Origin: Squalus acanthias
Lineage: Eukaryota
Reading direction: 5' to 3'
NCBI GenBank assembly: GCA_030390025.1
Contig: CM059438.1
Span: 68,264,001-68,328,000, forward strand
Length of the DNA: 64,000 nucleotides
The position numbers and the translations under genes are program-made. The notes under the pieces are model-generated. The model saw only the letters and a program-made list of their open reading frames with translations. It was not told the origin of the DNA and made no database searches. Positions within the stretch are counted from its first letter, which is position 1, and every line of letters starts with the position of its first letter. Shown piece by piece: positions 25,447 through 38,159 of this stretch.

Positions 25447-25972
25447 TAAACCCAGTGTTGGATGCGGGATGAAGCTCTCTTTACACTGGCCCATCAATCT
25501 CCCAACAATCTGCTGAGGGCACTGCTTACACTGTTCCTCTGTTCTGACACCAATGGCTACAGAATTGACTTGCAGCTGACATCCCGTGATTTATACTGAC
25601 TCGCTGGAATCAAGCATCCACAGTCTGGGGGAAAGCTCTGCACATGTGTGTTAGCAGGGATACGCCAGGCTCCATTCCCAGCCTGTAAATTCTTCATATT
25701 TTAAGGGTCTGGGCCGGGACTATTTGCTTGGTTAAACTATTGAAAAGAAAAAAAAGATCTGCTGAAGTGTAGCAAATGCCTCAAAGGTTCTTTAGACTCC
25801 CTGAGCAGTTTTTAAACTAATTTGACACCACACTGGAGTTATGTTTCATGTGGTGTTATGATGAAACAATGTGAGATGGATTCCCTAGGGGATGCCACAT
25901 GGCTTTAGTAATGGGACCTGACTCTCAATTCACCTTGTCGCTCTTTTTTTTATTACTGCGTGTGATAGTTTA

Positions 25973-26400
25973 GAAAGAAAGAACTTGCACTTAAATAGAG
26001 CCCTTTACATTCTCAGGATGTCCCAAAGCGCTTCACAGCGAATGAATTGCTTTCGAATTGTAGTCCCTGTCATTATGTAGGGACACAGCAGCCAGTTTGA
26101 ACACAGCAGTAAGATAAATCACCTCTCTTTGAAGGTGCAGAACAAGGTATAAATGTTGTCCAGGAGAACTCCGGAACTGTTCTTTGAGTAGTCCATGGGA
26201 TCATTTTACATCCCCCCTCCCTTGAAAAGCCAGGCAGTGCCTCGATTTAACGTCTCATCCGAAAGATGGCACCCCCGACAATGCAGCACACCCTCAGTGC
26301 TGCGCTGTAGTACTGGCCTAGATTATGAACCGGGATGGGCCTTTATCTTCCTTCACAACCTCCTCACTCAGAAGCAGGAGTGCCACCAACCAGCCAAGCT
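25973..26400 (-). mobile_element. Degraded Deu-domain SINE
   Basis: Reverse complement of the tail (aaagaacttgcac), Deu core (tttaacgtctcatccgaaagatggcacc) and head. Confidence 0.75.
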
Positions 26401-26814
26401 GGCAAATAACTTCACCCTTAATCCGAGCGTCTGAAGAGCACATCCTTGCACAAGTTGGAAATTTTCCCCTTGCCTCACCAAATATCCTTGTGCATTCTCT
26501 GAGTGACAAAGCAAAGTTGGTGATGATGGGCATCTAATTAGGGGTGGCCTTTTGTTGCCCAGTACGCACTGAGCTGAGACTGATCAAAATCATTTTAATT
26601 TCAGCAGCGTCAGAAATACCTTTAACTGCATTTGGATTGGATTGAAACCTTGATGTCTGCGGTGCAAGAACTCTCTGTGCTCTCTAATTGTTCTGTAGCT
26701 TCTAGCCCTGAACGGGGTCATAATTCCGAACTACAGTAAAACAAGCTGAGGCGCAAAGGGCCTGGAACCTGTTGGAAAAAATTGCATCAAAAATTCACTG
26801 ATGAGCAAATGAAA

Positions 26815-27363
26815 CAATCGGGGCGGAATTCGGGCGGAAACGACCCTGTCCTCGGCAAGGAGAGGCCCCGGAGATTGTAACAGGAGGCTGCCCCCGGAGA
26901 CTGAAGGAATGGCCACTGGTACTTGGTTAGGTCGATTGTTTTGGGGGATGGAGATGGGCAGGAGAGGCCTAAATTCTCTTTGTGTGCTGCCGAAGGAGCA
27001 CTCTTGCTCCTCTCGGGTCCACGTAGAAAGTGCAACAAAAAAAATAAATGTACCTTTTTTAGGCCTCTTTCGACTCCTCTTCCCGTTCGGTTGGCCTGGC
27101 AGGAAAGCCACAACTGCTTTTCCCACTCAGGCCCTCAGTTAAAAATCGATTGGGCCCCGATCATGTCATCGGAGCCCGATCTGCATCTTTAAAGAAGGAC
27201 CCCTCCAGTTTCCAGCAGGTGTCCCTCTCGCCTGCTCTGAAGAGCTGGTTAAAATTGGACTCCGCGGGATGAGTGCAGGGGTCTTTGGCGGGTGAGTCCC
27301 ATGGGCGATTTTAACTGCCCACCGATACAGTTTCCATTGAGCGAGCAGGGTTAAAATGGGTCC
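26815..27363. mobile_element. Probable MITE fragment
   Basis: CpG-rich, repeated gttaaaat motifs and a dyad at about 27148-27180; no clean TIR pair found. Confidence 0.35.
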
Positions 27364-27887
27364 TAATGTAACTGGAATTATAGGGTGTATATCGCAATAG
27401 CAAACTGTATATGACTCATAAATAAAAGTGATAATTTAATGGTCATTTTTGTTTTGTTTTCACTTTTCAGATCCAGCTATTAAAGTCCTGTTCAGAATAC
27501 CACAACTCATTACTCAGACATCTGATTCCCTCCCCTGACTAGGACAGTTCATTAAAAATAAAATCTTTTAATGAAATACTTAATCCCAGCAGCTCAAAGT
27601 GAATGTATTCGGTAGTATCGTATTACTCGCCGTCCCATTTATAATTGGTTTTAAATTTTAATTAGACTTCAAATTTTGATTTTTACAAGATAAAAATTCT
27701 ATAATCTTTGATTTATCCACCAGGGCCGTGCTGTAAAACAACACCCACGTCAGCTAAGTTGAGCTGCTCAACCTCTGTGGAGTTAGATGAGGTTCCATTA
27801 TATCCTGATATATTTTACCATACAGTTCCATTCATGGAATACCAATGGTTCACACATTAGTACTACATTAGCAGTTATAGGGAAACT

Positions 27888-28048
27888 GGGGGTAATTTTT
27901 ACTTCAGGCAATAGTATAAAATGACCGATATCGAATAGAGCTGACCGTTATACCTCTCTCACTATTTTAATTTCCAGAGAGATGTATAATAGGCACGTGA
28001 TTCGATATCGGCCGTTTGACATGATCACCCAAAGTCAAACTTACCCTC
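27888..28048. mobile_element. 161-bp fold-back MITE
   Basis: gggggtaattt / aacttaccctc termini; TSD ACT; internal ccgatatcgaat / attcgatatcgg. Confidence 0.8.
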
Positions 28049-28253
28049 ACTGAGTGTTGTTCAGTCTTAACTTCCTGCTCCCCTTCCTCCCTCAGAGTAA
28101 CTTTCCACCTGAAGTAAGGTAACTAGCAATTGGAAATCAATATATGAAGATGATGGAAGTGCTGAGATGTTATTCTGGTGGAGATGTCTACCCTGCTGCC
28201 TTCTATCTGAGGAAAGCTTTGCCTGTTGGGCAGGCGGGGAGGGAATGAATATT

Positions 28254-29017
28254 GGGCAAGAAATTTGGCTGTTGTCGGGTGAGTACGCGTTGTGTACTCA
28301 CCCATAAGGCCACCTGAAGTGCCGGTTTCCTGCATGCACTGCGCATGCGCGGGAAACCGGAACTTCCGTCCCCCTGAAGGGAGGGGTTCAGAAGTCAAAC
28401 GCGTGCGCGGGAGAGGCTGTGCGCATGCAGCGAACTTCAGGTTTTTTTTCAGGTTTCTCCGGGAAGGTAAGTATGAAGAAGCTGCACTTTTAAAAAGGAG
28501 GCGCAAGGCCTGTTTTTAACAAGGTAAGTGGTTAATTAATTACAATTTAAACATTTTTTCTACAGGTTTATCTTTTTTACATACTTTAAAGAAAGGTACG
28601 TTTATTTTTAGCACCGTTAAAAAGTATAATTCATTTTTTCAAAATTTTTTATTTTTGTTTAAAGTAGTTAATTTATTTAACTTATAGTTTTTTTTAAAAT
28701 GTGATGTTTTAAAAAAAATTATTTGAAGTTTAAGTGTGATTTTGGGGCCGATCTCTATTCATAGATTTGACAGGTCTTCCTGTCAAATCTATGAATGAAA
28801 ATGCCCTGCTAGGATTGGCTCTCCATGGCCCACGTGATCCCAGGGGACGCTTTGAACTAACTGCGCCCCTGGGATACACAAGCGCTGCACGCCAGCAGCT
28901 GGAGGAGGCCCAGGACCCAAAGTCCTCGTGGGCCCAAAGCACAACTGCAGGCGCGGTAGGCAAGTACGCGCGCGATGCTTGCACCCGCAGGAAGCCGGAA
29001 AGCCGAATTTCTGGCCC
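28254..29017. mobile_element. Harbinger-type MITE, family C copy 2 (inverted relative to copy 1)
   Basis: TIRs gggcaagaaatttggct / agccgaatttctggccc; flanks att/aat. Confidence 0.88.
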
Positions 29018-29559
29018 AATGACATAAATGCTGTTTGAGTGTCATTTGTTAGAGATGGCCAGAGATCTCCACAGCAATAAAAACTCCTGTAGATATTTTC
29101 ACAGTAGGTGTTGCATCTTAGATCTTCTGAATTGTTGGGATCTTTACAGTAACTAACATATGTTGAAGGAGTTGGCAGGAGATCTCTTCTTGTCCCATGC
29201 TTTCTGGGTCTTGTATGGAACCAATCCTACTGGGCTGTGATAGGACGATCCATCTCACTTCATTTCACTTTTTCTTTCGGACAGCTGTATGAGGTCCTGT
29301 TGGATCCTAGTATGTGCTGTTTGATTGAAATCTTACTTCTTACTGAATATTGTAATCTTCCAGTTATGCGTTGACAGTTCGGCTGCCTATCTTCAGATAC
29401 TCTGACAAACAATTTCAGTCTCAAAACTATTCCACCTCCAGGCTTCAACAGTATAGCATTTTCCAAACCTTGTCTCCTACACTCGCAGACTAGATTTTCC
29501 AGACCACTGTCAGCAATGCTGTGGCCTGGATACCTCAGGATGAACCAATCTCAGTAGCA

Positions 29560-29845
29560 ACTGGTCAGAAAAGAAAAAGCCCATGGGATCCAAGGGAAAG
29601 TGGCAGGTTGGATCCAAAAATGTCTCAGAGGCAGGAAGCAAAGGGTAATGGTCGACAGGGCTCAGTACTAGGTCCGTTGCTTTTTGCGGTATACATCAAT
29701 GATTTAGACTTCAATGTAGGGGCATTACGGACCAAGAGCTGGAAAGTGAGCTTAGGCTGGATAGCTCTTTTTCGGCCGGCGCAGACACAATGGGTCGAAT
29801 GGCCTCCTTCTGTGCCATAGATTTCTATGATTGTATGATTCTACA
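29560..29845 (+). mobile_element. Heavily deleted CR1 fragments
   Basis: QGSVLGPLLFAVYINDLD followed directly by a CR1-type tail (ttctatga)n. Confidence 0.7.
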
Positions 29846-30549
29846 TATTGGTGCAGGCAGGTGGGACTCTGGATTCTATTGAAAGAAAACGCTGGACACC
29901 ATTACCTAAGTGCCCAACTCTAGGCTTTTAATTAAAATACGACCTGTGCTAATCATTCACAATTTAGTAAAAACAATAGAAGCCAAGTTCTGACATGAAT
30001 CTGGTCCCACGTGTAGGCCCGTTATATCTTAGCCCAGGCCTGAATAATTGGGTACCGCTCTATTCATGTGCACTAGGTTACGAAGGTGTAGAAATCTTGC
30101 TTTTTGTCAAATGTTTTTTTTGTCTGCTTTAGGTTATGTCTTGTGCTGTTATTCATAATAGTGGATGTTCTGTATTCACAGCTGTAGGTACTATTTGGGA
30201 AGGCTTGATCATTTTGTTTTTACTTTTAATTTTCTGATTTGCCTGCCTAAATTTTATATTGATTGTTTCGGGGGGAAAAAGTATGTTGCTATACTTCACT
30301 GCCCCAGACTATATTTCCAGTGCTGATTACTGTTGAGTTGTCCCTGCTTGAAACGGCACATAAGTGCACATCTGTTGCTTAAGCCTGGTTGTGAGGGCAC
30401 TTCCCCTGCAGCCCAGTACAATGCTGACACTCGATGCCTAGGCTCACACCGTGGCCACTACAGGAAGTTGTGGGATGTCTGCGAGTGCCTGTGGCACCAT
30501 GCATGATCTGCTACCCACATGAGAGAAAAAACAACAATTTGCATATCTA

Positions 30550-31041
30550 CAAAAGCAAAATACTGCGGATGCTGGAAATCTGAAATAAAAACAGAAAATG
30601 CTGGAAATGCTCAGCAGGTCAGGCAGCATCTGTGGAGAGCGAAACAGCGTTAACGTTTCAGGTCGATGACCCTTCGTCAGAACTGGAAAAAGCTGGAGAT
30701 GGAACAGGTTTTTAAGCAAGTGCAGGGGCAGGGAAAGGCGGGAGGAGAGGAAAGAACAAAAGGGAAGGTCTGTGATAGGATGGAAGGCAGGAGAGATTAA
30801 GAGACAAAAGGGATGATGGTGCAAGGCAAAAGGAGATGGTAATGAGACAAGTTAAGAAACAAAAGATGGCTCTAGATGAAGTGTAAATGGCACTGGCAGA
30901 ATGAAAGACAGCTGCCATGTGAGAGAGAGAAAAAAAAAGGAACAAAAAAGATAGGGCCAGAGGTTAAGGTCTGAAATTGTTGAACTCGATGTTGAGTCCA
31001 GAAGGCTGTAAAGTGCCTAATCGAAATATGAGGTGCTGTTC
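30550..31041 (-). mobile_element. Penelope-like element 3' end / pseudo-LTR
   Basis: Minus strand of 30967-31041 reads EQHLIFRLGTLQPSGLNIEFNNFR (GIY-YIG C-terminal P.GLN motif), then a pyrimidine-rich UTR and a hammerhead motif. Confidence 0.88.
30648..30686 (-). ncRNA. Minimal hammerhead ribozyme motif
   Basis: ccaGTT-CTGACGA-A-GGGTC atc GACCT-GAAA-CGTT-AAC with palindromic AACGTT. Confidence 0.62.
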
Positions 31042-32012
31042 CTTTGCATATCTATAGTGCTCCTTACAAAGAAAAAGAGATCTCAGAGTGCTTTACAAGG
31101 CAGTAGAGAACGAGTGGAAACTGAGCAGCAAGGGGAAAAAAGGGAAGAGAGTCGGGGGATGGGGGAGGGGGTCGAGTGTTCAAGTGTCAAAGAGGACGGT
31201 CTTAAGGAGGTTTTTGAAGGCAAGGAGGTGACATGGCAGAGATGCACCATGGGAGAGAGCACCTGATGGCTACAGCACGATGGCTGAAGGGAGAAAATTG
31301 AGAAAATAAATACAAAGGAATAATTAAACAGGGAGTAATTGAGATCAAAGGTGCAAAATGTTTTTAATTTGCTGTGTAAATTTAGTCTTCCCAAAGGTGT
31401 ACCAACAGTTGGATGAAGTAATGAGACTATTGTGTTCTCTTGTACATGATAAATATTTGAAATTCCGGGTGAGAATATTTTGGGAATAAAAGTTATGTGG
31501 CATTTCATATTCTAAACTTGTCGCTTTATCTAGTTCAGGCACCATCATTTCCTGTCAACGTTCTGATTTCTTTGAATCTGTTCGTATCTCGAGGGAGATG
31601 AGATAAAAGAGCAAGCATCATTTACTGCTTCAGAACCCTGTCTCTCCCAGCATTCATTGTGTTCTAAGCAGCCTGGATAAGCAGTATCAGCATTTTAATG
31701 TCTGTTGGCTACCAGCTAGGGAGTCTGAATTTGTCTTGTAAAAATCTGGGAAAGGTTGTCTCCTGTCTCCTTACCATTGAAATTTCTTTGCTAATGTATC
31801 TGCCATTCTGAATGACAATACACGGAGCACTGTCTCCCCCACATGGCAATAACTGCTGAGAGCTATAAATTCATCACTGCACCTGAAGTTATCATACTTC
31901 ATGTAGAAAGTCACTTGGAGTGGGCAAGGGGAGCAGGAAGTTACGACTGAACAACACTCAGTGGGGGTAATGCATTATCAAACACTAGATTTAGTGAACT
32001 TTCATTTGAAAA

Positions 32013-32229
32013 TTCCCTGCCTAAACCTCTCCGCCTCTCTACCTCTCTTTCCTCCTTTAAGACGCTCCTTAAAACCTACCTCTTTGACCAAACTTTTGGT
32101 CACCTGCCCTAATTTATCCTTATGTGACTCAGTGTCAAATGTTTTGTCTTATGACACTCCTGTGCAGCGCCTTGGGACGTTTTACTACGTTAAAGGCGGT
32201 ATTATAAATACAAGTTGTTGTTGTTGTTG
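32013..32229 (+). mobile_element. L2-type LINE 3' end
   Basis: FKTLLKTYLF-encoding segment and (ttg)n tail. Confidence 0.85.
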
Positions 32230-32261
32230 AAAAACACATTGCAAGAAATAACAAATGAGCA

Positions 32262-32969
32262 TGCTGGGAGTGTTAGTCAACCAAATAGAATAGCTAGCAT
32301 TATATAGATTAAGCTGCAGTAGTAGTAAGGGTTAAATGGGATTAAATCAGTCTCCAGACACCGAGAGATGCAGGGACCAGCAGTTAGGTATGGGACGATG
32401 TGAGTGTGAAATTTTAATTACTGGACTAGCGCCAACACTTCTGAGAACCAAGAGGAAGTGTGAAAGGAGAATGGGTCTCTCTGGAATAAATATCTGAGAA
32501 GATAAGTAAAGACTATGAAGGACAGACGTAGTCACTCATGGATGCAGAATGTCTGGAGAACAATAAACAGATAGTAATACTGTACTAATAAGCATGTGCA
32601 TAAAGCGGGAAGGGATCCACGCATCTGCTGATGCGATTACGTATTAACCATGCATACGTACGCACTAACCGCATGTAGTAGAAACGTGTTTATGTACTAA
32701 CCGCACACTTACCTTACATGATTAGCCATATAAAGGCACATCAGGAACTCTACCTAGTCTTGCAAAGGGCCAGCATGAGTGGTCTGGAGGACATAACTTA
32801 CAAGCCTCCGATGAGTTCTCTGTCTGTGTGTATTTATTTGTACCGATCTCATGAGCAATACATGTAATGGGTTGTATTAGTCTGTTTCTTAATAACGATT
32901 ATTAATCAGACGTCTATCTCTTGAGTCCACATGCCTGTAGGAAGGATAGTGAGTATCCTAAACCCAACA
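32262..32969 (+). mobile_element. Possible solo LTR
   Basis: tgctggg...cccaaca termini, tataaa at about 32729 and short taaccgca repeats; no TSD seen. Confidence 0.35.
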
Positions 32970-33434
32970 CTACAGTAACTGCATGAGCTATTTAAAGTAT
33001 GATTTTATTATAATTACAGAAACAAGCATTACCACTTTTCTTAAACTTGTATTATTTAAACCAAAACTGGTTTTAAATATATTATTAAAAGCAGATCATC
33101 CAATACCAAATTACGTTGTTTGAAACCTCTGGATACTGAAGTTGCTCTGTAATATTCAGAACAAACCAAAATAGTACATCTGTAGAACACGTTCTCAATA
33201 TATGTCCAGGGATAACTATTAATGTTGAGAACTGTGAAAATGTATTTTGATGTTAACTGAATAAGTTGAAGCCTGTTGCTGACTTTACTACAAAATTGCT
33301 ACCGTGATCATCACTGAATTTAAGACCATTGCCTATCTCGCTCTTTTGAAAGAATTCTCTTTTTGATAGCACATTTAAAAAAATCAGCAATGTACAATAG
33401 CAGTTTGTACTTCACTGTAGCAAAAAGTCTCAAT

Positions 33435-34156
33435 GGTCCGTATCTTCCAATCGCAGGCCTCCCGCGGGCGGAGGCCTGCGATCTGTAAAAATCTGCGCCC
33501 TTACCTGAGGGCTCCTGGGACGCGACACGCTTCTGATGCTGGGCCTCTCCAAACTCCAAGTGCGCAGGGCCCACGTATCCCAGGTGCGCATGTAGTTCGC
33601 AGCAGTCCCTGGGATCACGTGGGCCATGGGGAGCCAATCACAGAAGGGAATCTCCCTTCATACATTTGACAGGAAGACCTGTCAAATATATGAATGGAGA
33701 TCACCCGCAAAACATAGTAAAACTTGAAATACATTTTAAAAAAACCATCACATTTTTAAAATGACTTAAAATTACAATAAATTAAGTATTTTAAACAAAA
33801 ATTTAATTTCTTGAGAAGAATAATTAAAGTATTTTACAGGGCTTAAAATAAACTTGCCTTTCTTTAAAGTATTTTTAAATGATAAATCAGTAAAAAAAAA
33901 ATGTTTTTACTTTTTTCTACTCTTATCCTGGTAAAAGCAGGCCTTACGCCTGCTTTTACCAGTCGTATGAATTGTAAGGGTTTTCTGCGGGCAGAGGGTC
34001 TCCAAAAAGTGGAACTCTCCACCCGCAGAGACACTTCTCCAGGGCAGCTGGAGGATCTGTCAAGACCATTCTTGACAGATTGGAAATGCCGGTTTTCAGC
34101 GCATGCGCTGTGCATGCCTGCGCGTACCCACGCGTAGGGATCGGAATATCCAGCTC
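33435..34156. mobile_element. Harbinger-type MITE, family C variant
   Basis: Termini ggtccgtatcttccaatc / gatcggaatatccagctc; TSD AAT; shares internal motifs with copy 1. Confidence 0.82.
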
Positions 34157-34159
34157 AAT

Positions 34160-35200
34160 GTACTTAACAAACCTTGGACAAGAGTTAGTGGAGGTGACCA
34201 AATGCATGGTCAAAGAAGTAGGTATTTGAAGAGGGTTTTGAAGGTCTGAAGAGATGTAGCAAGGTGGAGCGGTTTAGTCAGAGATTGTCAGAGCATATAG
34301 ACTTGATTTATGAAGGCTCTGCTATAGATGGTGGAGCTGAAGGAGAGGGGAAACACATCAGACCAGACTTAGAAGAGCAGAGGATGAGAGCTGGGATTTT
34401 GGGCTGGAGGAAATTGGGAAAAGAATAAGGTGGTGTGAAGCCAGGATGGACGTGTAAACAGGGTTCAGGATTTAAAATAAATACTGCAGATGGCACCAAA
34501 GACCAGGTTGATAGGTCATTGGAACCTAATACAATTTAAGATGTGGATGGCAGAATTCTGGATGATCACCCATAACAATTTCATTCTCAGCACTCATTCC
34601 ACTGGTTCAATTTGCTTTCAGTCCCTGAATATGACTAATATAATTTTTCAGTCTGAGACTTTAGGGTAAATTTCTGTGGAGGTTCTTTCACTTGTCCATT
34701 GTTAACTTCAATGGAAGAGCTGCAGCAATCCCAGGAACACATTGTAAGTATCACTTGCACTGTTTGTCAGGGATTCCGCAGCTCTTCCGCTGAACTTGCA
34801 GAAGATTGTAAATCTACCCCTTTGCAATTACATTTAAAATCTGCTTAATTTTATGTATTACCTGTACACACACATCTTCTATTTGTACCAGTTACTGATA
34901 CAAAAGTCTATAGATTTGTGACTAAAGCACCAATAACTTCCCAATTAATGTACTTTTTTAATTATGTTCTGGATCATATTTGTAGATGGAGTCATATTAC
35001 TTAATGGCACCAAAGACCAGGTTGATAGGTCAGTGGATCCTAATATAATATAAGATATGGGTGGTAGAATTCTGGATGAATTTGTCTAAGATGGATCTGG
35101 AGAGGCCAGCAAGGAGAGCATTGGAGAAGACTAGCCAGGAGATAACAAAGGCATGGTTGAGGCAGTAAAATAGATATGGAGGAGACAGATATTTTTGCTC
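34160..35200 (-). mobile_element. Old L2 fragment containing a 76-bp duplication and a foreign insert
   Basis: Similar to 36317-36760; FSNALLAGL...KFIQNS on the minus strand. Confidence 0.65.
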
Positions 35201-36316
35201 CACTATGAAAGCCAACTTTAAGGTGGGGCGGGTAGAGGTCCCACCCTACCAGAGATGCACCCCAATCAAGGAGAGGACAGAAAGCCTAGGTCAATAAATG
35301 TGACTTTTAGTAAGAGGAAGGATGGAGTTGAAATGCAATTAAATATATCCACCATTATGATGAGGTCATCGTTCATTTGTCAAAACTTCGAGTCAGAAAT
35401 GCTGATTTGTTGTCATAATCGAGTACCTTGTGTGCTTGATGCAATTGCCATGTTTCAAAAAGTTAATAACTTATCTTAAAATGCATTTTGATAGTATATT
35501 CATTTAAGCATAGCTTGCGGTTATGGAGCATTCCTCACACACTTAGCAACTAAATGTCATTTTGGAAGATAAGGCTTCTTTGCCAATCATGCCTTGCTGC
35601 TTACTTCATTGCATTATGCACATGGCCAAAATGACACGTCACAACTTAAATTGTTTCACTATCTTAGAATAGCAATAATGATCTTGTGATTAGTGAGGCT
35701 AGGGTCAACATGTCCGATGATTTCATTTTAATGAAGACTGGTAGCTAATTTATACACAGAGCAAAACATGCCATGGGCTTGATACTTTTACAGAAACATT
35801 GCATTAGGATTTCATGCAATCTGGTAGAACATTTCTGTATGATCTAATCCATGAACAATGCAAATGTTCAGATTACAACAACAAAAATCACATCAGCAGT
35901 TCTGTGATTCAGCTCATATAAATTGTCAAATAAGATGTAAAAAATAAAGTTTTTTGATCGAAATTGGAGAAGTCAGTGGTGAAATATTACTTTATAGGTT
36001 ATGCACTCGAAGAGAACACAAACTATACATAATTTTAATTATTTTTCTGCAAATCATGCAATTTAATCTTGGTTATTTTAGACGCAAACTGTGAGAAAGC
36101 AATACCTCTGTGTTCATGTGAATGAGTCAGTTCATCTTACTGCAGAATTTACGCTACATTGTCAGCAATGTCGTCCTTTGACTGAGATTTTGTGCGGAGG
36201 CCACTATTGCACTGATTGAGGTGGATACTAAACTTCCAATGGCACTATTCAAAAAAGTGCAGGGAGTTCTCCAGGGGTCCTGGCCAACATTCCTCCCTCA
36301 ACCAATATCATGACCA

Positions 36317-36760
36317 ACAGCAACTTGCATTTATATAGCGCCATGAACATAATGAAATATCCCAAGGTGCTTCACAAGAACGTTATCAAACAAAATTTGA
36401 CACCGGACATAAGGAGATATTAGGACAGGCGACTAAAAGCTTGGTCAAAGAGGTAGGTTTTATGGAGTGTCTTAAAGAAGGAGCGAGAGGTAGAGATGCA
36501 GAGAAGTTTAGGGAGGGAATTCCAGAGCTTAAGGCCTTGACAGCTGAAGCCACGGCCGCCAATGGTGGAGCAATGAAAATCAGGGATGCAGAAGAGGCCA
36601 GAACTGGAGGTGCAGACATCTTGATCTCGGAAGGTTGCAGGGCTGGAAGAGGTTAGAGAGATAGGGCGGGGTGAGGCCATGGAGGGATTTGAAAACAAGG
36701 ATGAGAATTTTAAAGTTGAGGTGTTACTGGACTGGGAGCCAATGTAGGTCAGCAAGCACA
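36317..36760 (-). mobile_element. L2-type LINE 3' end
   Basis: TIGGRGFSCQGLKLWNSLP...FKTLHKTYLF and tail. Confidence 0.85.
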
Positions 36761-37056
36761 AAAACACCACTTTGTGAGATTTTGTTGTGATTTTGTTGTG
36801 CGGAAAATGGCTGCAGTATTTTGCTACTATAGAAAGATAAGTACTAATGAAGATAGCCGTTTAGCCCATGTTTCCATAGAAACCTATGGTCTCATCATCA
36901 TAGATTAAATTTTTGTCTTGAAAAATCCAATGTTTTGTTGATTAATGATCTGCAATAAATGGATATATATTTTGAGATTATCATTCTCAAATTTCTTTCA
37001 GTTTCTCTCCTAGCCAATCTAACACCAATCGTTGATTATGTCCTCCAATTTTTCTC

Positions 37057-38146
37057 CCAACTCTTTACAATCTATATTAACGATTTGGAGGAGGGGACCA
37101 AGTGTAACATATCAAAGTTTGCAGATGATACAAAGATGGGAGGGAAAGTAGAAAGTGAGGAGGACATAAAAAACCTACAAGGGGATATAGACAGGCTGGG
37201 TGAGTGGGCGGAGATTTGGCAGATGCAATACAATATTGGAAAATGTGAGGTTATGCACTTTGGCAGGAAAAATCAGAGAGCAAGTTATTATCTTAATGGA
37301 GAGAAACTGGAAAGTACTGCAGTACAAAGGGATCGGGGGTCCTAGTGCAAGAAAATCAAAAAGTTAGTATGCAGGTGCAGCAGGTGATCAAGAAGGCCAA
37401 CGGAATGTTAGCTTTTATTGCTAGGGGGATAGATTATAAAAACAGGGAGGTATTGCTGCAGTTATGTAAGGTATTGGTGAGACCGCACCTGGAATACTGC
37501 ATACAGTTTTGGTGTCCATACTTAAGAAAAGACATACTTGCTCTCGAGGCAGTACAAAGAAGGTTCACTCGGTTAATCGGATGAGGGGGTGGACATATGA
37601 GGAGAGGTTGAGTAGATTGGGACTCTACTCATTGGAGTTCAGAAGAATGAGAGGCGATCTTATATAAGATTGTGAAGGGGCTTGATCGGGTGGATGCGGA
37701 AAGGATGTTCCCAAGGATGGGTGAAACTAGAACTAGGGGGCATAATCTTAGAATAAGGGGCTGCTCTTTCAAAACTGAGATGAGGAGAAACTTCTTCACT
37801 CAGAGGGTAGTAGGTCTGTGGAATTTGCTGCCCCAGGAAGCTGTGGAAGCTAAATCATTAAATAAATTTAAAACAGAAATAGACAGTTTCCTAGAAGTAA
37901 AGGGAATTAGAGGTTACGGGGAGCGGGCAGGAAATTGGACATGAGGCTGAGTTCGGATCGGTCAAGACCCTGTGGGTGGCGGAGCGGGCCCAGGGGCTGA
38001 GTGGCCGGGTCCTGCTCCTACTTCTTGTGTTCTTTAGATTTGAGGTTAGGATCAGATCAGCCATGATCTCATTGAATGGCGGAGCAGGCTCGAGGGGCCG
38101 ATTGGCCTACTCCTGCTCCTATTTCTTATGTTCTTATGTTCTTATG
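37057..38146 (+). mobile_element. 5'-truncated CR1 with a doubled 3' tail
   Basis: QLFTIYINDL...KFADDTK...NFFTQRVV; ends (ttcttatg)3. Confidence 0.92.
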
Positions 38147-38159
38147 ATGCCTTGCCCTT

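Noticed and set aside
27471..27542. Strong polypyrimidine acceptor followed by a short frame
   Set aside because: Peptides unrecognisable and no matching donor found
29260..29466. 68-aa minus-strand ORF in unique sequence
   Set aside because: Short, no motif, and no splice context
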